Positions 10,272 through 22,000 of a DNA stretch of 64,000 nt are shown one piece after another. The number at the start of each line of letters is the position of its first letter. The stretch's first letter is position 1. Origin of the DNA: Candidatus Obscuribacterales bacterium (GTDB lineage: Bacteria > Cyanobacteriota > Vampirovibrionia > Obscuribacterales > Obscuribacteraceae); NCBI GenBank assembly GCA_965228855.1, contig CBDDIJ010000003.1, positions 960,001-1,024,000 of the forward strand. Direction: 5' to 3'. The position numbers and the translations under genes are program-made. The notes beneath the pieces were generated by a model, which worked only from the letters and a program-made list of their open reading frames with translations, made no database searches and had not been told where the DNA came from.

Positions 10272-12152
10272 ATGGAACCACCCACCCAACTGGACGACTT
10301 AACCGGAAAAACTCTCGTCGAGCGATACCATATCCATGGTCGGCTCGGACAGGGCGGCATGGGAGCGATTTTCACCGCGCATGACGACATTCTCGATCGG
10401 GATGTCGCGATTAAAACAGTGCCGCGGAATAACCTGAACGACGTTGAACTGGTGCGTTTTCACCGCGAGGGCAAGGCTGCAAGCACTGTGCGTCATCCGA
10501 ACGTGATTCAGATGCTTGATTTTGGCGTGCTTGAAACCGGGCAGCCATTTATCGTTATGGAACTGATCAGAGGAATTTCGATTTCGCAGCTTTTGAAGGA
10601 ACGAGGTCCTCAGCAGGCGCTGTTCACGTTGCAGATACTCGAACAGATTGCAGAAGGTATGAGTGCTGTTCACAAGGCAGGCATCGTTCATCGTGATTTG
10701 AAGACCAGCAACGTCATGATCGTGAACTTGGATACGACTCCGCTTGTGCGAATCCTTGATTTTGGAATTGCAAAGTCTGTTGCGGGAGAGGAGCAAACGA
10801 GCACAGTTACTCGTGCAGGTCAGATCTTCGGTAGTCCTAACTATATGAGTCCGCAGCAGATCAGGGGGGAATCGCTGGACCAACGGGCTGATGTTTATGC
10901 TCTCGGATGTATTGCCTTTGAGATGCTCACCGGCCGGACGATGTTCGAAGGCGAAACTGTAATGGAGCTTGTAACCAAACATCTGAATGAGCCCGCGCCA
11001 CGACTCTGGGAAGTAGGAGACCAGTCATATCCGATGGAGCTGGAGCGGCTGGTAGCGCATATGGTGGCAAAGAACACAGACGAGAGATTTGCCTCGATGG
11101 ACGTTGTGATCGAAAACATTCGAGATGTTCGGACTGTACTAGAGGAGAGGCTGGAGCAGGAGCGGCTGACGGAAAAGGTTTCATCCAGCAAACAGGCGAC
11201 CGATGAGGAGTTGCGGAAAAGAAATCGTCTGTCCGCGCAACTGTTGTTTACAGGGGCTTTGGTAGCGGTAGGTCTTTCCATTGCAATTATGAATGGTTAC
11301 GTACATCCCATGCTCAAGAAGGAGCAAGAGATTGTCAAAGTGGCGCCTGCGAAAATCGACAACAATGGCAGAAAGGAACGACTTGATCGCTCCCAGAGTA
11401 CACTAGCTTTTCTCGAACTCGGCGATCAAACGGCCGGAGATATGGGCGTGCTGATGGACCAGTCCGGCGACAGCACTCTTGCCCTGGACAATGCCCTGAA
11501 GGGAGGCGGAAGACGGGAACACATCATCCTTCTGAATTCGAAGGTAACACTCGAGGATGCATCGAAGATAGTCCTTTTGAATCCGAATAAGCTGAACTTG
11601 CGCAGGTGCGTCGGCGTGAATGATGCTTTTCTCAAGGAAGTTTCTAAGGCAAAAGCGATTCAGATGATCGATCTTGACTTGTGCAAGGGTATCTCACCTA
11701 AGGGCTTCAGGTGCCTCAGTTCGCTTCCGAAGCTTACAACCTTGTTTGTGAGGGGCTGTGATTTAACTGATGCGCACTTGAAGGAGATCGGACAGACCTC
11801 CTCGCTGCTGCAATTGTTTGTAGAAAGGAACCATCAGATCACGTTGAAAGGCGTAGAGCAAATAGGCGGAAAAGTTTTACCGGTCAAGATTGTCGTGGAT
11901 CAGCCGAATCTGTATTTACTCTCGACCGAAAAGCAGAATGAACTGCTTCGCAAGTATAACGTTAAATTGTTCCGCTCGGACAATGTGACCGCCGAGTCGT
12001 TCAGTCTATCCAACATGATGGATCTCGCTGGAATCGGTGACATGCCTCTGCCCTCGGACAAAAAAAATTCCGGTATTTCCGATGAGGCGGCGTTGAGTAA
12101 GCTGGGCTCAAAACGGTCCAAAAAATATCGGGGCGGGTTCGACGATGATTGA
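10272..12152 (+). CDS. Ser/Thr protein kinase with TM helix and C-terminal LRR region
   Basis: GQGGMG, VAIK, HRDLKTSN, DFG and GSPNYMSP motifs; TM LLFTGALVAVGLSIAIM; LRR-like units (LPKLTTLFVRGCDLTDAHL). Confidence 0.92.
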   Translation: MEPPTQLDDLTGKTLVERYHIHGRLGQGGMGAIFTAHDDILDRDVAIKTVPRNNLNDVELVRFHREGKAASTVRHPNVIQMLDFGVLETGQPFIVMELIRGISISQLLKERGPQQALFTLQILEQIAEGMSAVHKAGIVHRDLKTSNVMIVNLDTTPLVRILDFGIAKSVAGEEQTSTVTRAGQIFGSPNYMSPQQIRGESLDQRADVYALGCIAFEMLTGRTMFEGETVMELVTKHLNEPAPRLWEVGDQSYPMELERLVAHMVAKNTDERFASMDVVIENIRDVRTVLEERLEQERLTEKVSSSKQATDEELRKRNRLSAQLLFTGALVAVGLSIAIMNGYVHPMLKKEQEIVKVAPAKIDNNGRKERLDRSQSTLAFLELGDQTAGDMGVLMDQSGDSTLALDNALKGGGRREHIILLNSKVTLEDASKIVLLNPNKLNLRRCVGVNDAFLKEVSKAKAIQMIDLDLCKGISPKGFRCLSSLPKLTTLFVRGCDLTDAHLKEIGQTSSLLQLFVERNHQITLKGVEQIGGKVLPVKIVVDQPNLYLLSTEKQNELLRKYNVKLFRSDNVTAESFSLSNMMDLAGIGDMPLPSDKKNSGISDEAALSKLGSKRSKKYRGGFDDD

Positions 12153-14229
12153 GGCGCCGGATACACAGAACTGTACGATCTGCAGAAAACCGAAAACGAG
12201 TGGTGTCGCGGGCAGTATCACTCAATGGGTTTCCGTTTGCAGATGCGATTTGGCATCGGAATCGTTGGGAACTGAAGCGGCGGAGCGATTGCGTGTGTGC
12301 GCGAATTGCAGGAAGCGAATCAATATCTCAAAAGGTGGTTCGATAACACAGTGGATATTCTCTGAGAATTTTTGCAAGTGTGAGAAACCCTTGTTCATGC
12401 CGGTAGAGGATGAGCCGGATGATAAAGATTCGAGTTCGCATAACGTGAATCTCGATCCCATTGATGAAGTGTATCTTGATGTTGATGCGGCACAGTTTCC
12501 CGTAGAGCGCTATAAACCGATTGAGTTTCTCGGTAAAGGCGCTCTGGGTGAGGTTTACCTTTGTCGCGATGCGCTTCTCGGTAAGAAAGTTGCGGTAAAA
12601 CGGCTGGTGACGTTAACTGATGAGTCGGTGGTAGCGTTTCAAAACGAGGCAAAGATTGCCAGCAAATTAAAGCATCCCAATGTGATTAGCGTCCTTGATT
12701 TTGGAACCACGAGCGGTGGCAGACCATTCATGGTTATGGAGTATTTCCCTGGAACCAGTCTTGCCGGCTTAATCTCGAATGCTGGTAGGATCGATGAACG
12801 GGACGCCCGGGAAATCTTCTTGCCAATCTGTCGTTCGCTTCAATACTTACATGATAATGGCGTTATGCATCGCGATTTGAAACCGTCTAACGTGCTTGTT
12901 TCCGTATGCAAAGATGGGCAGATTGACGTACGCCTGATTGATTTTGGTTTGTCAAAAACGAATCAAGAGCACCAGTCGAGAACGCTCCTCAATGGTCATA
13001 CGATTGTGGGAACGCCGGAATATATGAGTCCTGATCAGGCACTGGGAAAACGTTATGATGCGCAATCGGAAATTTACTCATTGGGATGCCTGATGTTTGA
13101 GACCTTGACCGGCAAGCAACCATTCAGTGGAGAAACCGCGCTGGAGGTGTTAAACAAACACGTACATGCGCCACCGCCATTGGTGCTGGACTTGAATGAA
13201 AATGTTTCTGAGCAGCTAGCCGCAATTGTCGACAAATGTTTGGAGAAAAGGCGCGAGGAGCGGTTTCAACAAATAAATCAAATCGAAACGGCCCTTCTTG
13301 CGGGTTCAAGTTTGCCTGCCCTGGAAACGGAGGGAGGCATTCATCGACGAGAACCGTCAATTTTTGAGCTTCAACCGACCTCTCCGGCTCAAGCACGGCG
13401 TTCGTGGGTCCCACTTCTTTCCCTTGTGGTGGCTGCGGTATTTGCCGGTTCAGGAATGATCTGGTTGATTGGGAAGAGCGATGCAGATTCTGTGCCTGTG
13501 CCAAAACTAGTCACACCACCTTACTTAGAGAAGAGTGATGAGCAGACTGCCCTCAATACGTCTTCAGCAGTACTTGGAAGAGGTGCTTTCAGTAATGCCG
13601 ACTACCCGCAAGATCTCGAGTCTGGGGAGCTCCCGACCGGTTTGGTTTTTGATGGGCGAGGTCCTGTAACTAAAGAGATTCAGGTGCATGTTAATCGGAA
13701 GACCAACTGTTATAGTGTTCGCTTAAGAAATCGACAGATTTCGGACGGCGATATTACGCTTCTCGGGAAGCTGAAGCCCAAATCGATTGCTCTGGTCCGG
13801 TGCTATGGTCTGACGGAACGTTCTCTAAGAGAGCTAGCTGCGAATAAAGATTTGCAGGCGTTTACACTTGAGGATTGCAACAAGTTTTCACTGCGCGGCG
13901 TGAAGGTTTGGCATCAACTTCCACGTCTGGACCAGCTATCGCTAATTGGTGCGGGGCTGTCGGATCCAGACCTCAAGAGTCTGGGTGGCTTGGGAATAAG
14001 TACCTGCAGCTTGGCGCGCAATCCAAATCTGACCTTTGAAGGATTTCGCATGTTAGGTGGAAACGCAAAACCTATCTATCTGTTTCTAAGTGACAATCAG
14101 ATGCGCAGGCTTACGGACGTTCAGAAAAACGAACTTTCTGGCAAGCGAAATTTAAAGCTCGCTCTTGAAAAATTCAATATGACTCGGAAGGGAAATATCT
14201 ACAGTTACTTTGACGAAGAGCAGAAATGA
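12145..14229 (+). CDS. Ser/Thr protein kinase with N-terminal duplicated Cys-rich module, TM helix and LRR region
   Basis: Two CxxC...GSITQW...CxC units; GKGALG, VAVK, HRDLKPSN, DFG, GTPEYMSP; TM WVPLLSLVVAAVFAGSGMIWLI; LRR-like C-terminus. 8-bp overlap with the previous gene. Confidence 0.92.
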   Translation: MIEAPDTQNCTICRKPKTSGVAGSITQWVSVCRCDLASESLGTEAAERLRVCANCRKRINISKGGSITQWIFSENFCKCEKPLFMPVEDEPDDKDSSSHNVNLDPIDEVYLDVDAAQFPVERYKPIEFLGKGALGEVYLCRDALLGKKVAVKRLVTLTDESVVAFQNEAKIASKLKHPNVISVLDFGTTSGGRPFMVMEYFPGTSLAGLISNAGRIDERDAREIFLPICRSLQYLHDNGVMHRDLKPSNVLVSVCKDGQIDVRLIDFGLSKTNQEHQSRTLLNGHTIVGTPEYMSPDQALGKRYDAQSEIYSLGCLMFETLTGKQPFSGETALEVLNKHVHAPPPLVLDLNENVSEQLAAIVDKCLEKRREERFQQINQIETALLAGSSLPALETEGGIHRREPSIFELQPTSPAQARRSWVPLLSLVVAAVFAGSGMIWLIGKSDADSVPVPKLVTPPYLEKSDEQTALNTSSAVLGRGAFSNADYPQDLESGELPTGLVFDGRGPVTKEIQVHVNRKTNCYSVRLRNRQISDGDITLLGKLKPKSIALVRCYGLTERSLRELAANKDLQAFTLEDCNKFSLRGVKVWHQLPRLDQLSLIGAGLSDPDLKSLGGLGISTCSLARNPNLTFEGFRMLGGNAKPIYLFLSDNQMRRLTDVQKNELSGKRNLKLALEKFNMTRKGNIYSYFDEEQK

Positions 14230-15968
14230 GTGATGCTGACGAAGAGCTGAATTTAAACACCGACAGCTTCCCTCTAGAGCGGTACGAGCCGCTGCAATTG
14301 CTTGGTCGAGGTGGCTTGGGGGAGGTGTATCTCGCTCGCGATTTGAAGTTGGCTCGGAATGTTGCTGTCAAATGTTTGATGGCTGTCGATGAGGAAACGG
14401 TCGTCGTATTTCATCGAGAGGCAAAAATCGCAAGTAAACTTCATCACCCTAACGTCGTAGGCACTCTAGACTTCGGCACCACAGACGGTGGCCGACCCTA
14501 CATTGCTTTTGAGTATTTTAAGGGGATCAGTCTTGAGCAGTTGATCGCCGAACAGGGCGGACACATAGACGAGGCTCTAGTCCGCAAGATCTTCGTAACT
14601 GTAGCCCGCGCGCTCAGCTACATACATGAGCATAAAGTTTTTCATCGAGATATGAAACCTTCAAATATTATGGTGAATCTCGAGGATCCGCAGACCATGC
14701 AGTTGCGCATAATCGATTTTGGTGTTTCGGCGATAAAGGAGGACATACAAAATAGGAGCCTAGTCCAGGGCAAGACTATCGTTGGAACGCCTGTATATAT
14801 GAGTCCGGATCCTGTGCGCGGCGATGAGTTCGATGCTCGTTCGGAAGTTTATTCGCTCGGCTGCATAATGTTTGAATGCCTGGTTGGAGAACCGCCCTTC
14901 GACGCGCCGTCTACGGCGGAAGTTCTCGATTTGCATATTACGGCCACGCCGCCTCCTTTGGAAGATATTTTTTCAGATGTAGAAGTCTCGCCGGAACTCG
15001 CACACATAATTTACAAATGCCTGGCGAAGGACAAAAGCGAACGCTATCAAACTATGCTGGAGCTCGCCGATGCTTTTGAAAAGCCATATTCTTTGAAGAA
15101 GGAAGAGGAGAGACCGGTCGAGCCGGAGAACGAAACAACGCAACCACCTGGTAAAAGCAAGTTTGGAATTGTCATCGTATCTGGTGCCATCGTTTTAACA
15201 CTTCTGGTGCTGAGTGCGGTGGTGTCGATTATGAGCAATCCGTCTGCAAGCACAGATGTATTGAAAACTGCCGACGCCGTGAAGGAACTAACTGAAGACA
15301 GGCGGACGAAATCCAAACCTGACGATGCGGAGCTGGTTGTGGTTAAGGATGATAACGCGACTGGCGCTTATATATCCGGAGCTGCTGGTGTGGTGAGGCT
15401 CAAAAAATTTGCACAGTCCAAGCAGCGCAAGAAGATGGTTACGCTAAAGAATCTGACGTTTGATGTTCCGCTGTTGAAAGACCTTGCAGTTGTCCAGCCC
15501 AGAACTGTTCAATGTTTTGACCTGGATATGAGTGATAAAAGCGTATTCGCGCAAATGCATCTGGTTACATCGCTCCGGGAACTAGACTTTCACGCGTGTT
15601 CAAATATTGAGCCGAAGGACCTGGCTGCTCTCTCCGACATGCCGAGGTTATCTTCGTTGCTTCTGGTCGGATGTATGTTAAACGATGAGCATCTGAAGGC
15701 TTTGAAGGGTCACAGGAGGTTGGAAAAACTCGTTCTAGACGGCAACAAGAATCTGTCAATGAATGGACTCCTGAACTTGTCGCGGAAACCTGAAGAGCCG
15801 CCAATTGCTGTGTGGCTAAGCGAGGGCGATTTGACAAAGCTTTCTGGTGGAGAAATCCAGGAATTGCGCAGGAAGCATCGAATAGTACTGACCACGCGCT
15901 TGCCTGAGTATCAAGGCGAAGGTGGCGACGGGATGATTCATACGGACGCGTTGGAGCTTATCGAATAA
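14226..15968 (+). CDS. Ser/Thr protein kinase with TM helix and LRR region
   Basis: GRGGLG, VAVK, HRDMKPSN, DFG, GTPVYMSP; TM FGIVIVSGAIVLTLLVLSAVVSIM; LRR units (LEKLVLDGNKNLS). ATGA overlap with the previous gene. Confidence 0.92.
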   Translation: MSDADEELNLNTDSFPLERYEPLQLLGRGGLGEVYLARDLKLARNVAVKCLMAVDEETVVVFHREAKIASKLHHPNVVGTLDFGTTDGGRPYIAFEYFKGISLEQLIAEQGGHIDEALVRKIFVTVARALSYIHEHKVFHRDMKPSNIMVNLEDPQTMQLRIIDFGVSAIKEDIQNRSLVQGKTIVGTPVYMSPDPVRGDEFDARSEVYSLGCIMFECLVGEPPFDAPSTAEVLDLHITATPPPLEDIFSDVEVSPELAHIIYKCLAKDKSERYQTMLELADAFEKPYSLKKEEERPVEPENETTQPPGKSKFGIVIVSGAIVLTLLVLSAVVSIMSNPSASTDVLKTADAVKELTEDRRTKSKPDDAELVVVKDDNATGAYISGAAGVVRLKKFAQSKQRKKMVTLKNLTFDVPLLKDLAVVQPRTVQCFDLDMSDKSVFAQMHLVTSLRELDFHACSNIEPKDLAALSDMPRLSSLLLVGCMLNDEHLKALKGHRRLEKLVLDGNKNLSMNGLLNLSRKPEEPPIAVWLSEGDLTKLSGGEIQELRRKHRIVLTTRLPEYQGEGGDGMIHTDALELIE

Positions 15969-16031
15969 GTGAGTTCCGACCGTTTTCAAAGTTCCAATAT
16001 GAACAGGCGTAAACAACATATTGACTGACGT

Positions 16032-16068
16032 AAAAGAAGAGGGCGCTTCATTTCGAAGCGCCCTCTTC
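16032..16068 (-). terminator. Intrinsic terminator of the giant exoprotein gene (possibly bidirectional)
   Basis: Perfect 14-bp stem GAAGAGGGCGCTTC/GAAGCGCCCTCTTC with a 5-nt loop; AAAA on the left reads as a U-tract on the minus strand; lies between convergent genes. Confidence 0.85.
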
Positions 16069-16093
16069 CCGCACCTATTTGGTCAACTGAGAA

Positions 16094-19000
16094 CTACCAG
16101 TTAAGAGCGACAGTTCTCGGTTTTGTGTGGAACTCGAATGGAGTAGTGCTGCCGATGTGCATCATAACTGCCGAGGTTTTGATGACACTTTGAGCAACCT
16201 TTTTGGCGGCTGCATTTTCGGAGTGCATCATAGCGCTTAGCGGTTTCACGATTTGAACGGCTGATGGAATTGAGAATTCTGTTGAGAATGCTCGTTGGCC
16301 GGCGCCGAGGTCGTGGCTCGTTACCGAGCGGTGCATGATCGACTCGATCGGGTTGGCATCGGCGAAGGTCGCTGCGCGATCGCTGGTGACGGTCATATGT
16401 CTTCCTGGTGAAAGCGACAGGTCACGACCGCCGGCGGCGATAACCACGCTGCCTTTATGTTGGTCGTTGATGTCGTACACCGAGAGGTGATGCTCGTCAG
16501 CACTGATGAACGCAACAGCGTTGGCGCCGAGTTTGACTTTGCCCTTTGGAGTTACAACGGTCATGTCCTTCGACGGCACGAACAAAGCGGAGCCATTGTC
16601 GAGAGTGACGAGGTCGCTGTGTTTGATGGTCGAGATTGCTTTGCCCGCTGTTCCGGAGGCGAAACCGAATTCGATATCGCTGCAGACTTTGCCGTCAACA
16701 ATCTGACCGACGGGAGCGTAGCCCACGATGGTCGAGTCATCTTCTTGAACATTAGAGACTGTTAGATTGTTGGCGGTAGCCAGGTTGGACAATGTGCCTG
16801 TGATTGCGTCTTTGCCGGTTGTAGCTGTGGCGTTGGCGGTCGACACCAGGTTGACCGATGATACCGCTGCCGGTGCCGTGAGGCTGGCAAGTGACGCAGG
16901 CAGAACGCTGGCGGGAGAGCCGCCATCTGTTGAGGCGTCTTTCGCACTCCAGGCTGTGATGGTCATGGGCGCTCCGGCAGCGACCGGCGGATCCGCCGTG
17001 ATGGTGCTGCCACCGCCAATGATGACTCCGTTCTTCACGGCTGCTTTAATCAGAACGTCAGCGCCCTGACCGGTAAGAGTCGTGTCCGGTGCCTCGAAGA
17101 TGACCTTCTTGGTTCCTCTGCCTCTACCGGTGAGCACTTCGCCGTCAATGGTGACTGCGACTATGTTGCGACCTTTGAGGTTCTTTGTTCTGGTCGGTGC
17201 ATCGCCTTGAAGAATGCTGACGTTGCCCTCGCCCACGACTTTGGCATCTGTGAAGATGTTGTTGGCTGCACCGATTGTGATGTTGCCGTTTGCAATCGTC
17301 TGGATGAGGATGAAGTCGTCACCCTGGATTGTGATGTTGTCGGCGGTTGCCAGGTCGCCTGCTGTCGAGATGATGTTGAGTTCGCCATCAACCGCGGTGA
17401 CATTCGCATTGACTGCGATGTCGCCATCAGCGAGCAGATTGACGCCGTTGTCGGAGGAAACCGCTGCATTCACCGTCAGACTTCCGGAGCTGTCAACAGC
17501 GGTTCCTGTGACCGAGTCCAGAGCGCCGGCAATAATGGTGTTGCCATTGTTGACGATGTTGATGTTTCCGGTTGCCGTGAGGTCGTTGACTGTCAGGGCG
17601 CCGGTGTTGGTGAGCGCGAGGCTTCCAACCGTGCTGGATGCGAGCGTAGTGAACGCTGTATCCGTGAGATTGACTGAGCCGGGAACCGTGAGCGCCAGAT
17701 TCGCACCACCGAGGGTGCCGGCTGTCTGATCAATGCTTGCCGCATTCAGGGTCACGTCGGCCGCTGCTGTCACATCTTCGTTGAGTTCGATCTCGGAACC
17801 ATTTGCAGTCAGCGTGACGTTGTTGGCGTCCACTGTGTTGTTGACGACGATACCGCTTCCGCCTGCCTGATTCGAGGTCAGACGGACATCGCCGGTGCCT
17901 GCGTCTACAGTGTCTCCCACGGTGATAGCACCGCCGGCAGTGACGTCGACATCTAGACCAGCTGCTGCGATCTGATTGACGGTCAGGTCGCCTGCTTCAT
18001 TCTGCAAGGTGACGGCGGCGGTATTACCTGCGCCGGTCGAGAATGCCGTGAATGAATTGAGCGAGGTGTTGGCGAAGGTTGCCGTTCCGTCTACGACGTC
18101 GACTTCGAGGGAGTCAGCCGTAATTGCTCCGGTCGATATCGTGTTGGTCGAGTCGAAACCGCCGAGGAGAGCGAGTGCGCCTGTGCCGACATTTATAGTG
18201 CCGGCTGTCAGATTGCCTGCCGTGATATCTTGCGGAACGACTGTACCGCTTGTGACCACGCCGTCCGTGATTACCAGCGGTCCAGCAATTTGAACCGTAC
18301 CTACACCTACGAGGGCGTCGCCATCTGTACCGGTGGTACCGATGGTGGTGATGTTGCCCACGGTGACACCGCCTTCGCCGCCGATGGCGACATTTCCACC
18401 GTTGATAGCGCCGGTTGTGTCGATGTTTCCTACGACGACGGTGCCGGCATTGACCGTGCCACCATTGGCGTAGATTCCTACGTCGCCACCGTTTGCAGCG
18501 GTGCTGCTCGTGACGATGTTCACTCCCGACAGATTGACGTTACCGCCGGTCGCGTTGAAACCGGTGATTGTGAAGGGCTGGTCGCTTTGCTCCTGACCCA
18601 TGCTTGCTGGTGTCGCATCGACGCCTGCGAGTACCACCAGGTCTCCACCGGAAACTGTGCCGGAGGATAGATCGATGAGGACAGCACCAGTGGTGGTGAT
18701 ATTACCTGCGGCGATGATCGCGAGGCTCTCGCCCTGGAAGATCAAATTAGCCGGTAAGGTGACATCGCCTGTGGTGTTGATAATGGTGTTGCCATTAATC
18801 ACGTTCACTTCCGCGAAATTCGTGATGGTTCCTGGTGTGAACACGCGTGCCGTCACCGTCAGTGTGTTCATGCTGTTATCGCCGTTCAACGTGCCGTTGT
18901 TCGTGACAGCATTGATGCCATCGTTATTTTCGAGGGTCAGGAATACATCGCCGCCGTTGAAATTGGTTTGACCGTTGGTGGTGATGCTTCCGTCCTGAGC

Positions 19001-22000
19001 GATAAATTGAACGCCTGCTCCGCCGACGTCGCTCGTGAACGTGCCGTTTGCACCATTGACAGTCAGTCCGGTATCACTGGTGACGACAGCATCGGCAAAG
19101 TCAACGTTATAGGCGCCGTTGAAGGTGAGCGTATCGGTGTTAAGAATCACCGAGCCGCCGCCGGATATGTTGCCGTCGATTGCGATGTCGCCGCCGTTAT
19201 CGGTAAGGACAGTGAAGTCTCCGTTGCCGCTGCTGCTGCCGAGCGTGATTGTTCCAGTACCCGCATAACCGAGGGCAACTTCGCCTCCGGCGCTTGATTG
19301 AGCGGTCACATCGGTGGAACCGCCCGCGATACCGTTAACGATGATCGGATTGAAGAACGAACCGATATCGCCGGTTGAGCTGTTCAAAGCCAATTGTGGC
19401 GTATTGATGCTTGCTCCGGCTGCTGCTTGTTCGATGTTTCCGGTGCCGGCGCTGGTGTCGAAACTGGCGCTGGTGTTGGCAGTGATAGCGTTACTCAGAA
19501 GAATATCGCCGTTCATATTGGAAACGTTGAGAACATCGACCGTGAAGTCGGACGTTGTGCTGACGTCGCCTGCTGAAACCTGCCCGGCATTAACGGTGAG
19601 GTTGCCTCCGGCTTGAGAGCCAAGAGCGATACCGTCATCTTCATTAATGGTCAGGGAGCCGCCAGTATTGAAGTTGGACGTGAGGCTGGTCACTGCTGTT
19701 TGCAATGTTGCCGTTGTCGCGCCCTGGAAGGATACATTGAGGGCTCCGCCGGTAACTTTGGAAGTTGGATCGGCGGTCAGGTTGTTGCCTGCATTCAGGT
19801 CGACCGAGTTCGTGCCATTAACCGTAACACCAGAATTCAGTGTCAGGTCGCCCAGTACTGCGTCCAGCGATGTGTCGTTGGCGGTGATGTTCGCATTGAC
19901 GGTGACGTCGTTGAAGGAGCCCAGCGAGAATGTATTCTGAGCTGTCGAGTCACCTGTGACCGTCACGTCGTCGATGGCGAATATGTAGGCGCTGCCGGTT
20001 CCGGCATTAGCCGTCAGGTTGCCGCCAGCGATTACGAATTCGCCGCCGCCGTCAGCTCCGATGTCGCCGAACTGCGAGGTCAGAACGGTGTTCGCTGCAG
20101 ACAGAGTGCTGCCGCTTGCCGTATTCAGATTGCCGACGACGCTTGCGTCGAATGTGCCTGTCACCTGTGAATCTGCCACTGTCAGGTCGACAAGGCTGCC
20201 GACATAAACATTACCTGTGGTCGTCGATGGTGCGCCGAGCGCGTTGAATGCGACGGTGCCATCGAAGTCTATGTTGAAGCGATTATTTTCATCAACACCG
20301 ATATTTCCATCACCACCGGCGGCTCCATTGCTTGTGAATGTTCCATTCACACCTGCGACCAGTCCGGATGCGTCGGTCGTAATGTTGTGGTCGGCCAGAA
20401 CTGTGAAATCACCATTTGCAGCGTCGGAAATTCCGGTGAAATTGATGTTGCCATCACGTCCGCCGGCTTCTGATTCGACCAGAGTTATGTTCTGATCGGC
20501 GTTTGCTGTGACGTTGACGAAGTCGATGTTAGTTCCTGTGTTCAGAATCGATATCGAACCGCCTGTCGTCTGGTTGTCCAGGTTGATTTGGTTGGCTTGA
20601 ATTCCACCGGCTACGTTCGAGTCAGTTATATCTTCTTGATTCGAACCAAGCAGGGTGATAGACGCCGTGCCGCCGCCTGCAGCATTGGCGATTACCGCGC
20701 CATCGAGGTCTAGCGTGCCACCGTCACTGGTGTCAGCTGTCAAAGTCACGTTTCTACCCGTGATGTCAGCACCGCTGGCGGTGTGCAAATCGTTTGCCGT
20801 TATCGAGACGCCGCCCGTGTATGCCGCGCCGCCTTGACCGGCGTTGATATCAGCGTTAGAGGAGTTGGCACTGTAATCTCCTTTGACCACGATATCGACG
20901 CTTCCATCGGTCGCGCCGCCGCCTGCATTGATTGCGGCGTTCTGGGTGTAGTCTCCGGAATTGGAGATAATGCCAGTGGCAATTTGAACATTGGTGCCTG
21001 CGGTGATCGTGTCACCACTGCCGTTACCTTGAGTGTAATCGTCGCCTACTCGGATTGTTACCGAGTTGACTGCGTTGATCGAACCCTGTTGGGTGAAGTC
21101 TGCTCCACTTGGGGCTGCGCCGTTGGTCGAGCCCGCATCGATAACGACGCTGTCTGCGCTGCTGATCGTCCGATTATTCGACTGGCTGACGTCGTTTGCT
21201 GCGGCGATCGCAACGTTACCGGCGGTGATATTGCCGAGAATGCTTGCTGAGGCGCCTGAGTTGACGATCTGTCCTCCAGGTGCGATACCGGCGCTGAGAC
21301 TGACGTCACCGTCGGCTGTGACGTTGTTGACTGAAACATTCCCGCCTGCTTGAACCAGAAGCGTGCGCGCATTTACGTTCCACAGATCAACGGCCGCATT
21401 CGACAGAATGCCTGATCCCACGATTGTTCCCGAAGCACGAGAACCGTCCGCGTTGTATGTAACCGGACCATTGGTCACCGGTTGAACTGTGGCGATGGTG
21501 ACTGCTCCGCCGCCGCCCGTGCCACCGTTTGCAGTTACAGTGCCCTGGAAGAAGGTAGTTAAGTCTACGCCACCGGCGCCAAGGGCAGTCACGTTTCCGT
21601 TGCTGCCGACGCCGTCGCCGGATGTTGTGATGTTAGAACCGACGAATGCGTTCGCCAGATCAACTGTTCCGCTTCCGGAGCCTACTCCCTGGAAGGCGAC
21701 GAGAAGGACGTCGCCGCCGTTGCCGCCGAGACCCGAGCCTCCCGAAGTGTTCAGATTAACGTTTCCGAGAATTATGCTGCCGCCGTTGATGGAGCCTTCG
21801 TTGAAGGTCACCTGGCTTCCAGGGTTACCTGTCGGTAGTGACGGCGATGCAGCGCCTGATGATGAAATTATGTTTGCGCCTGCAATCAGGGTCAGATTCC
21901 CACCGTTGACTGCGGTGCCACCGCCATTGGTATCAATGGTGAAGCTACCCGAAACGGATTCAGTTATGTCTCCTGTCGCGATAACCGTAAGATCGGCTGC

